Below are positions 8,051 through 20,000 of a stretch of DNA of 64,000 nt, in pieces (the stretch's first letter is position 1; every line of letters begins with the position of its first letter). This DNA is from a virus. Location: positions 32,001 to 96,000 of the IMG/VR virus record IMGVR_UViG_3300045684_000050; one strand, written 5' to 3'. The translations under genes and the position numbers were made by a program. Under the pieces are notes generated by a model, which saw nothing but the letters and a program-made list of their open reading frames with translations, was not told the origin of the DNA and ran no database searches.

Positions 8051-11000
8051 TTATTTTTTCTTTTTGGCGACTCTATTTGCTCTAAGGAAATCAAGATATC
8101 TGGAATCATTTTTCACTTTCCTAGCTAGTCTAAATACTTCTTCTTGCCTTTCTTCAGGATCTTTTATGCGTTCTAATGACTTTATATCTTCAGATACATA
8201 TTCATTGAATATATCTGACCAAATTTTTTGTGCATCTCTCTTGGCAGCAGTCTCTAAATAATAGTCACTTGTATTGACTTTCAGTTGAGCTTGAGATCTA
8301 TATTTATATAATTCATAGCTATCAATATCTTTACCATGGATAATTTTATATGCCGGGTTCTTTTCTGCTTCATTCATGTATTGACCCATCCTATCCGCAA
8401 ATGCATCAGGAAAGAAGTAAGTGTCAAAAGTAGTAGGGATTTCATTACCTAAAATATCGTGTCTGGAATCATCATCTTTCTCAAATAACGGTACATTCCT
8501 TAAAAAAGCATTCATAAAGGTTTCATTAAAATCCTCTCCATATAGATTCTGTCTTGGAGTTCCTGCAAACTCTTTATATTGTGTGAACCCTTGTCTATAA
8601 AAACTAGAGAATGTTTGAGCATTTAGTAATCCACCCATCTTAGATGCCAGCCTATTCTTAGCAAACTCTTTATCATTCTGATACCTTCGCTTCTCGTTAT
8701 CGTTCTCTGCTCTTAATATATTTCCATCAGCTTGTTTGATGGCAGTATAAGAATCTACCATATCAATAGCTGCATCAATACCAATTTCAAACCCTTCACC
8801 ATATATATGCTTTAATGCTCCCATAGCAAAAGTCTGTGCCACAATACCTGGACTTACCTCCTGTCCTGTATCAATCTTATCTCCAATAACACCAATCATT
8901 CCTAATGGTGCAGATAATGGCGTTTCAGTCCAATTCAAATGAAAACCTCCTATAGATATCGTGTTTTCTCTGAAATCATTACCAAGTCTATTTCTATTTG
9001 TTGTGTAATCTCTATAACCTTCAGAAGTAATACTTACCATATCCCACCAGTATTTATTCTTTACTGGCTTTAAATTCCCATCCTCATCTTCTTCCCAATC
9101 AAAAGCCATGGCTATTAAACCCAAAGCCATTCCAGTTCCTACTCCAGCCCTTATTCTAAAAGATTCTCTGTCTGCTTTACTTTTACGATTGTCTTTTATT
9201 AAAAGACCAGCTTCATCATTCTTTCGCCATAAGGATGAAAAAGAAAATCCAGGAACTCGCTTTAAATCCTCTAACGATACATTATTAATTAATACCTTTC
9301 CAGAACTAATATCAAAGGATAATCGGTCAATATTTGTGAATTCAGTAAGACCGGCTTGAATAAGTGCTAATGGAGACCAGTTATAACCTAAATATATACC
9401 ATTCCCTACAGTTCTTACAATAGGAGCAAAAGTTATCCTTAATAGTTGATCCGCTATTGCAGCTACAGTACTACCCTTATTTGCCCCTCGTGTAGTAGCT
9501 GTCAATGCATAAGCAATACCTCCACTAAATAATCCATTTACTTGACTATTTAAAACAGACGTTGTTAATGCTCTATCGTGAGCCTCTTTCCGAACACTTC
9601 TTGCAGCAACATTATCTTTACCTAACTTATCGACACTAGCCTGATAGGCTTTTTCCCTATTTTCTAACACTAAACTTTTTTTAATAGTAGCTAATTCACC
9701 TTTTGATAAATTTGGATCTTCTTTTATTATTGCGTTTATCTTGTCATTCAGATCCTTAGTATATTCACCTCCTACTCCTAATGCCGTTTCCATCTCATTA
9801 AAGAATTCAGCATTACCTCTTTTGAAGTCATAATCATACTTCTTCATTACTTGATCATGTGCCTCAATAAATGTAAGTGGCTCAACAGCAAATGTATTCA
9901 AGAATACATCAATAGCTTGTAATGACCTTACCATTATTCCCGGAAGAAATATAGCAGTACCAAATAAACCATTAAGAATAGATTCAGCTTTACCTAATTT
10001 TGTTTTGCCACTAAATTTTTGTAGATGATTAGAGATAAGTTCTTTTCTTGTTTTAGCATCAGGACCCCTCTGCCCAAAGATAAGATCCATACCATGATTA
10101 AGAATTACATCAATACTACTATACCCTTGATCTGGTATCTCCTCATAACTAACTCCAGGAGCTCCTCGCTTGAATGCATCAAAAAATAATTTAGTAGCAG
10201 TTGCTCTAAATAATTCCTTATTATTCTTTTGATATTTTAAGAAATTACCTATCTGACCTCTTAATGCTAATTGAGGTAAAGCTACAAAAGCAGCTTCTAC
10301 TAGGACTAATATTCCGGATGCGGCAACAGCCTTTAATACTGTATTTTGACCAGAAAGAAGATTTATAAATCTGACACCTGTCAATATCTTCATATACCTT
10401 TGCTGCTTACTCTCTTTAGCTTCTCTCATTATAGTATGCAGCTCCCTAGATGCAGCTTCCCTATTTCTAGGGTTTACATCTTCTTCAATTATCTTTGTAA
10501 GATCTGCAGCCCTTTCAACTTCTTCTTCCGTTAATTCCCGAAGACCAAATTTTTCTGCAAATCTCGCAACAATACCTGCATCTGTCATATCACCTATCCT
10601 AATGATATCTCTCATTCTTTCTTCAATAGTAGCTCGCTGTCTATTACTCCTAACACTTGATTTTAACAATCGATTTACTAACTTAATCCTTTTCTCTCCA
10701 ATAACCTTGTGGTAGGTCCCATTTAATACTTCAGCTAAAGCGGTAGCATCAGCTACAGATAGATCCATATCCCTAATTAACGAATCAGTAAGCATTCTTA
10801 CACTAAGATTGCCTTGTTTTACACTCTTTCTCATTATAGCTCCCATGGCTATATTCGAATAGTTCTGTGGCTTAGTACCATAAGGAATATCAATGCCAGC
10901 AGCTTTCAATTGCTCAGGACTCAACTTAGAGATACCATATGTTATAGCACTCATTATCTTTGACCTACTAGCATTAACAAAATTCTGATCAAGACTTAAT

Positions 11001-14000
11001 GCATCAATCAATGACTTGACCTGGCTAAATTGCTCTCTATATTTCGCTAACCCTTCACTTGTCGTCTGTGCATTAAGATGTGCTTCTATATTTGATAATG
11101 ACTTCTGTAAAACTTGTAATGCATTCTCTCTATTTAAAAATAAATCAGTCAATGCCTTTACACTATCATTTGAAATAATGAAATCTTCTGGCAATGCACT
11201 CTTTAAAAATTTACCTGTATGAAGTTTCTTGAATTCATTCCTTAATGTATTCCTTAAAGTACTATCAATTTTCCCAAGCCTTGTTGTAAACTCAGCAACT
11301 ACTTTATTCGCATATTGATTATCAATATATTTTACAATATCAAGATTATCTTTAAAAAAAGCACCGATATCATCGATATAATCTAACTCTAATAAAAAGT
11401 TCTTTACAGCATCTAACGCTGCATCAGCACTAATTTGTGGATCTTCAAAAATTACACCTATGGTTCCTTTTACTTCTTCCTTATTCTTAATATTAAGTTT
11501 TGAGAAAAATGGATTATTATCAATATTAGTGTCTGTCCTAGAAGTACGTTTTTCTCCAAACAGCTTCAACATTCTGTCAACTAATTCTCTCTGATCCTGA
11601 CTTAAATTGTTAAGTCTCGATGCAGCATTAATTATTTCTTGATTAGATAACAGGTCTTTAGTCTCAGAATCAGCATTTTTTGCAACTTCACCTGATATGA
11701 ATTTAGAGAACTCCGCTAACGTCATACCATCTTTATCCATAGTAACTTTCTCAGCTTCTTTAAAATCAACACCACTCATTCTATTACTAATATTGATAAA
11801 CTCTTTACCCATAGTAGCACTCTCTAAATTCCTGGCCGCATGGCCAATAGCAGGAAAAGCACTGGTGACTTGAGTGATCTCAGCTCTGGTAATATTTATT
11901 TCTTCTTGAATTCCATCAACTTCTACTCCAAATGGAGCAGCAGATAAAGCTAATTGCTTATTTAATAAATGGTCTAATGTAAGAACATATATATCTAAAT
12001 CTCTTAAATCAAAATCTCCTCTCCTAAAGGCTTTTAATTCATTGACAAAATTACTTAAAGAAGCTTGATCATTACCGATACCAACTAACATTGAATCTAC
12101 TGCAGCAAATAATTCCTCAGTAGTCCTCCTATAAGATTGAATATCATTAAGGTCATCTAACTGTGCATCACGCAACTCTGGACCTAACTTAGTGAAAAGT
12201 CTACGCATGGTCCTATTAACTTCTGGATCAGATACAAAGTCAGCAGATCTCTGAATAGACGATTTTGCACTCTCCCGGGTATATGCCTGTCTTACAAATT
12301 CTTCCTTGATCCCTCTTCTATCAAATTCAGGCTTAAATGCTTCATAGAAAACATCGAATGTAGCTTCATCTTTAAAACGATCTACTCTCTCATTCAAATA
12401 GTCTTGTTGCTCCTTTAATAACCCTCGATCCCTAAGAGATCCTTCGAATTGCTTTATGTAAAACTTCCCATTAGCATCCTTTCTAAGTATATCAGCAAAA
12501 AATGATGTATTACCAATCCTAACTACATACCTACCTCCATCAACTTGATATATATGCCTTACGTTTCCAGATGCATATTCTCTCTCTCCTTGGAAATTCT
12601 TAATCCATATAGTTACTTTATCTCCAACCTTAAAATGCCTATTCCTATTGAACCTGGCAAAGAATGGTTGCGTTTGTCTATTAAAAAGATCAGCACCCCC
12701 TCTATAGTCTTCAATCCTAAAAACTTCGCCCTTGCTAAAAGAATCAGCAATACCATTAACAACATTGATTAAGTCATTAATCGTATCTACCTCTATATCA
12801 ACATCTCTGCCTATCAACTCATTAAACCAAGCTTTTATACCATCTATTATCTGTTGAGTTTTAGGTTTTGATATCCTTCCAGAGACTGTAGATAACAATC
12901 CGACTAACTCAGCAAAAAATTCATTGGCCCGGACAATATCTAATGGCCTATTACCTTGAGCCTTTGTATATTGAGATACAAAGGTCTCTACCTTCAATGC
13001 TAAATCTTTCTCGAAAGCATTACCATTGTTCAGTACACTACTAATGATGTTATGTAATTCTACAATTCTATCTGAACTAGATAAAAATGTCTTTACAGCA
13101 ATAGCATGTACAGCTTCGTGTACTACATCCTTTGAAGTTGATACTTCTGAATTTATATATATGGTATCAGTTATAGGATCATAAACTCCTTTGACATTAA
13201 CACCATACTTACTATGTAATCCTATAGTATTCGAAACAACAAATTTCGTCCCAGGACTTACCTTAGACAAAACTATCTTAGCTTTACTTATTGCATCCTG
13301 AATATCTGTTCCTACACTGACAGATACTTCTTCTACATTAACACTATCAAGATCAGTATCACTCATGGAGATGACGGTACCATCAGCAGCCTTCAAAATA
13401 TAATTCCTTACTCCATTGTCATACTCAATACCATCTACAGTAAATATCCCTTCATATCCAATCTCTCTTAATTCATAAACATCACCTACATTTAGCAATG
13501 CATCTGGGTCTTGAACATTTAACTCAGAAACTAGCTTTTTATATTGTGAAGCTAAAGGCACATTATTGCTTACCGCCAATTCCAATACGTCACGCATGAA
13601 CTCATCGACACCTGCAAAACCATCGTTAGGCTTCCTATTCAATACATGCATATAATATGCATTAACAATAGAATCAGGACTCGTTATTCCATAGTTCTTT
13701 TGTATATCTCTCATCTCCTCTCTAGTGAAAGGATATAACTCCATAGCATCAAACTTTCCGCTTTCAGGAAATGCAACAGCATTGGCCAACATCAACGCAC
13801 CCTTTGTTTTATTAAATTCGCTAGGGAATAGATCATAGTAATCCGCTGCCAATCTAGCAACATTCCCATCAACATTCATCGACAAGTAATACTGATAAGG
13901 GTTTGCTACTGCATCTGGAAGATCCATCTGCTCAATAGCGTCCAAGGTATAATTGCTATCAGTGATGTTCTCAACACCTGCTTGGGAATACCTATTTGAT

Positions 14001-17000
14001 AAATCTCCAAAACTGATATCATTGTTTAAGAAGTCAGCAGCATAAGCATCCCATACCTTAGTTATATCTGCCTTTAATAACCCTCCTTCCAAAAGATCAG
14101 AAATATTATCTAGGATTTCATTCTTTTTCGTTGAATTTGGTAATAAATTTCCACTAACCAAAGACACATATGCCCTGTAAACATTTGTATTTGTATTTCT
14201 TATAAAATCTGACGGGTTCTCTACACCTAAACTACTCAATGCCCTTCGCATGGCACCTTTAAAAATATCAGTCAACCTCTTATCTATACCAGACTTTAAT
14301 GTGTTAACAGCAGAGTTATATTGAACCGGGTTAATCCCGTTCTCCATTATCTCTGCATCAATATTTTCATTTATCTCACCTAAAGCAATATCTACAGCTA
14401 CTTGATTGATAGAGTCATTAAGACTATAAAAAATATCATTATCATTACTGAAGCCTTTTTCAATTAAAGTTTTCAATACATTGATATCCGCTGCATCTTT
14501 CGATGGGTCCAAACTATCAACAAATAAATTAGTCTTCCCTGTAAGTATATCTGCCTTACCTAAACTCTGCCCAAACATATCAGCTCCTGAATTGTCTTCA
14601 GCAGATTTATTGAAACTCTTGACATAATCCTTAAAGGCTCTCTCTCCACGAGTAATATAATAGGCAGCTAAAATACTATTTGTAGTATATCCGGATCCAG
14701 AAAATAATGACAACTGATTTACTAACCCAGCAATACCACTTAACCCTTTTGATCCATTAGTATAATCATTTAATAATCGAATAGCTCCATTGATATCATC
14801 AATAATACTAAAACCTTTTAATCCTGAATTAACAAGCAAATCGGCACCTGCATAAGAAATAGCATTGAAGACAGACTTTAATCCATCTTTTCTTGCTAAC
14901 GAAAGCAGATCGTTATCAATGGTAGCAGACATTATCGTTACCTTTAATAGATCCTTTCCTAGATCAGTAAGTCTTGTTGATTTACCTTCTGTAGCAAAAT
15001 ATAAAGGAGCCTCATTGTTATTGATTATCTCTGACTTTAATAATATCTTTTTGAATTCATTGACATTAGAAGTCACAGCATAGTACTCACTAAGCACATC
15101 ATATTCTGACACACTTTGTGCAATTGATGATATTATCTTAGCTGAAAGCTGACTCTTTATTCTTTGTGATTTCTCCTCTATAGATTCACTTTTTATAGCA
15201 CTTGCATTGAATTTATGGAATTGAGCCTTTGTATATGCCGCTTCATCTGTCAACTCTCTAACAAGGACAGGAGTATCAAAAGCTTCCATCGCAGCATCAA
15301 ATTCCTTCTTATTGAATCCTAATCCTTCCGAATAATCAGGTAAGGCAGAAACATACAATCCATCAGTTCCATTAGTAGCTGCTAATTTTCTGGACATGGT
15401 TCTATTGTTACCACTAATAACAATACCATCTCCGGTAACTACAATAGGTTCATCTAATGCTCTCTCATCAAACCTGGATGCAAAAGTAACTACAGCAGCC
15501 TTAGCATCTTCGTTACTCTCATAGTTCCTTGAATTTACGGTGGTGCCATCTTCATTCGTAGGAAACCCTTCTGTCTGGCCGAATGTGTTTTCATCATGTG
15601 ATGCAAATATATTAGATGCATCTACTAATACATATTTAGCATTTAATCTCTCACCACTAGGTAATATTATTGGTCTTGATTTACCTTCTACTTTCCGAGC
15701 ATTAGTATAACTACCAATTACCGCTTCGCTCGCCTGACCTGTAGTTCCATCATCTGGAATATCTTCGCGTCCGTACTCTTCAAAATCTTGATCATCTTGT
15801 AATTCTTCTTCAATTTCAAATTCAGGATAGTTCTCAATGATATATGGAGACTTCTTTAACTCAGTAAATAACCCAGCAACAAATATATCCTTTGAGCTGT
15901 TATTAAAAGCTCTTAACATTCCAGCCTTTAAGTCTACTGAACTGATATTGCTACCATCAACAAACACTTCATTGCCAACTACAGTAACAGGATCATTAGT
16001 ATAATCTACATTGCCTGCCAAGGACATGAAAGGTTCTGCATCAACAGATGACCTTACTATCCTTACTCCTTGAGCTCTTAACCTATTCTCTACCTCTACA
16101 TCTGTACCTTCAGGAACAATAGCTACTCCAAAAGCTCCTACAGATACTGGATGATTTAAATTAGTCTGTGATACACCTTCTGGATAATCCCTCACCTGGG
16201 AAACAAAATTGTCAACTAGCTCTTTTAATTCTGGATCCACCAAAGCACCTTCATCACCAGTCCTAAAGTATTCATTTATTGAATTCAATACAGCATTGGT
16301 AGCATCAGAATTTTGCCTCAAATATAATTGCTTGCCTTGATTTACTATATTCATCATACTACCCTTGGCATCTTCCAATAGTGTGCCTACATATTTAGGA
16401 TTACTGCTCTCTGATTTATTGACAGCTATATCCCTAACACTGGTAAACTGAGAATTGTCATTTTCAAAAACTCCTACACTACCTGCAGCATTCTTCGCAG
16501 CATTGATGAAGTGTTTCGTTATCCTCTCAATAGGATTGCCTGAGAACTCTATGACACCTGTCTCCTCAAAAGGAACAAATACATTCTCTGCATTGATATT
16601 GTTATTTGATAGATTCAATGCATCCTGAGTGCCAACAAGAACTATCTGTCCTGATGAGCCGGCCACATTATCTGTCAATGATATCGAAGTTATAGAATCA
16701 TCACCTGTAATGTCTTTAGCATCTAATTTAGCTATTACACTTAATCCCTGTGGATTCCTGGAAAATAAAGCATTTTGACCTTCAGGTGCCTTTTCTTTTC
16801 CCTGTAATACATTAGCTACTTCAGAAACATAATCTCCATTATTAGAATACACATTTACCTTTATACTTCCTCTTAAAATAAAAGGAATATATGGTTCTAC
16901 CTGAGCATATAATTCAGGATGATTCTTTTTCCAATTCTTTATAGTAGCTGCATCAACTTCTAAGCTTACATCATCTATCTCCTCAGAGATATCGATACTT

Positions 17001-20000
17001 GTAGTATTGAAGATTACAGATTTCTTTTTAGAAAGATTAGTGTTATCTACTCTTTTAGCTTCTACCTCATTCTCTATACGTCTTGACTCGGCTGCACTAA
17101 GGATGGCTCCGTTCCTACCTGTGCTGGGGTTGTACCTGCGATACCTTCCTGCATCAACGTCCCATCGGTAGTTTTTTCCTCCATTGCTGGTGTAGAACTC
17201 GGGTTTGCCACCTGATTCGTTATTTCTGTCTTCAGGTCTTGTGCTTCTTGTCGGAGTTTGCTGTTCTGTGCCCCTTCTTGTGTTGGGCTGTCCGGAACTG
17301 CGGATACCACGGATGGTCCGGGCCTTACCTCCTTCTGTGAATCCAGAGACGACGCCTTGTTCTGCTTTCTGAACTCCATCAACCTGCGGAGAATTGGCAT
17401 CTGCTTCTCTTGTGATAGCTTGTTCAGCCTTTGTAATAAGCTGCTCTGATTGCTCGAGCTGCTCAAGATCGGATTGGATATTAGGATCATTGTTTAATAA
17501 GTCTTTTTGAATTAAAAATGCGATGTCATTAGCTTCCTTTCCTGTAAATTCTACTTCTTCAGTATTGATAGCTGCATCATTACCATATTCACCTGTAAGT
17601 GTACTCTTTTGTAATACTACAGATGTAACATTTCCTTGATCATCATATGTGATAGCATCTACTATGTCCGGAGCAGTATACTTCTCTCCATTAATATTAA
17701 AACTACCATCACTTGTAATATTAATAGCAGTAACAGGAGATACTCCTAGTTCAGATAAACTTACATCTACCTGATCATTAATGTTACCTAATTCCCTAAT
17801 AGTATTGTTCTGTTCAACTTCTAACCTACCACCTTCAGTAAGCCTTAATATCGCAGGCTGTCCGTCAGTAGTAAGGACTTCTACCTCTTTATCACCTTTA
17901 AGATCCTGATTGTCTAAATCGAAAGCATTATAAACACTATCATCTGGGATCCTGGTAAATTTCTTTCTCTTTCTTATTTCTTCATCCTGAAGATTCTCGT
18001 CAACTGGAGGAACAACAGTTCTTGCATTAGTATCTGCTATCTGACCAAAATCATAAATATCCCTAAGTTTATTTACAAATTTCTGAGAAGTAGTATTATT
18101 AAAGTTCTCTATAATAGCTGCTGATTGTTCAGGACTTGCACCTTGGAATAACCTACTATTGGTTATATCATCTTCTGTAAGCTCACCAATTTCAGCTAAG
18201 TATTCTAATTTGCGAATCTCCTTCCCTGCATCATAAGTAACATCTTGAGTAGTAGGATTTCCTTCTCCATCCACATCAATTACTTGCACTTTACCTTCAG
18301 CTGCTTTCTCTTCTTTTATATAATCAGTAAGAACCTTATCTGTATTAGTCATTGGCCTTAGTGGCTCATCTGGGTTGTCAATGACTTCTTCAGGATCCTC
18401 GTCTATCAAGTTCTCTTTTGCAGCTTGAGCCCTTAGATCATTAGCCGTAACTTTTGGTGGTATTGGAGGTGCCTTAATATCTTCCTCTGCCCGGGACTGT
18501 GAAGTATCAACAACATTTTCTTTAACTACCTCGGCATTAGCAAATATAGCATCTACTCTCTTATCAAATAAACCCTTGACATCTTTGCCTCTTACTGTCT
18601 GACTTGTTTCCCTATAAACAATATCTTCTAATTCTGCCTGTTGAGATTTAGTTAAATTGACGTTTGTTTCTTTCTGTTTTTCACTGATATAGTTAAGCCT
18701 ATTCTTGGCCTGAACTACCATCTCAGCTTTTTTTATAGCTTCTTCTTCTGTGATCTGGCCGTCAGCAATCATTTGTCCTAATGTCTCTGAAAACCTCTCA
18801 TAGTTATGAGCAGCCTGGACTACCATCTTCCCATATTCATTCTTTAATGTATTGTAGTTTGATACTGCAGCTATAGGTGCAGTAGCTAATGGTGTAGTTA
18901 CCAATGTTGTAACAAAATCATTAATTGTCACATTACTCTCAGCACCAAACAAACTATTAGCCATGGCTTGACTATACAATACCGATATCTCCTCCGCTTC
19001 CTCTCCTACAATTTCCTTTTTTATACCCTTAAATAAACTTTTATTGAAATTAAATTCTAATGGAGACTTAATAGCATCTTCAGCAGCTCTCTTCCCTGCA
19101 TTTTTAAATGCTGTGCCTCTCGCTGCATTGATAACACCTTTCTCAAATCCACCTATCAATGTACCTCCAGATTCAATACCTGCAGTTATTGATCCATATA
19201 AAGCAGCTTTTCCTGCATCTCCACTCCTTGCTAATTCCTCTTGATAAGCAGTACCATACGTCTGAACAAATAATGTGCCTACCAATCCGGCTCCCCCTGT
19301 AGCAGCACCAGCAGCCAACATAGGAGCCATCTGAACTACAGTATTAAATGTATTGTATGCAGCAGACTTAACTTGACTGGCACCAATACTCAACTCAGGA
19401 GTATAAGACCCTTTGTTTATATTATATTTATCAACAGCAGCCTTTTCTTCATCTGTCATGTTAACAGCAGTCTTCCCATCTGGCCTTATTATCCTAGTAA
19501 ATTCTCCACTATCATCAACCGCTACAACATGACCATCTATGTTGACAGTCTTTTCCCATAAAGGAGCAGAATAATCACTCCTTACCGTCGTTTCTTCTAA
19601 TTTCTTGACCTGCTTTAAAAAGTCTTGATTTGACAACTGATTAAAAAGTCTTTTCTTAGCCGGCCCAAAACCAGGTTCCTTATTCGCTGCTTCCAGCAAC
19701 TCTTTATTAGGATCTCCAGACACTAAACTTGGTAATGATTCCCAAAAATCAAGATATGATTGCTTTAGACTATTCCTTACCGTGCCAACAACACTAGGCT
19801 TTTGACTCGGCATTAAGTTCTGAATTGGATTCAATAAGCTAGGAATATCACTAATATTAAATAAGGATTGATCCTCATCCCTATCTGCCTGAATATCTTG
19901 TTGTGCTGCACCTACAGCTTCATCGACTCGATCTCCTTCCTCTACACCTTTAGTTCCGAAACCAGAAGTTACACTAAATCCCTTTCTTATCTCTTTACTT

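Noticed and set aside
11993-12019. GDFDLRDLD in the giant protein as a possible RNAP catalytic loop
   Set aside because: Not DxDxD spacing (DFDLR) and lies in helical context; DRDED near the N-terminus is in a low-complexity acidic region
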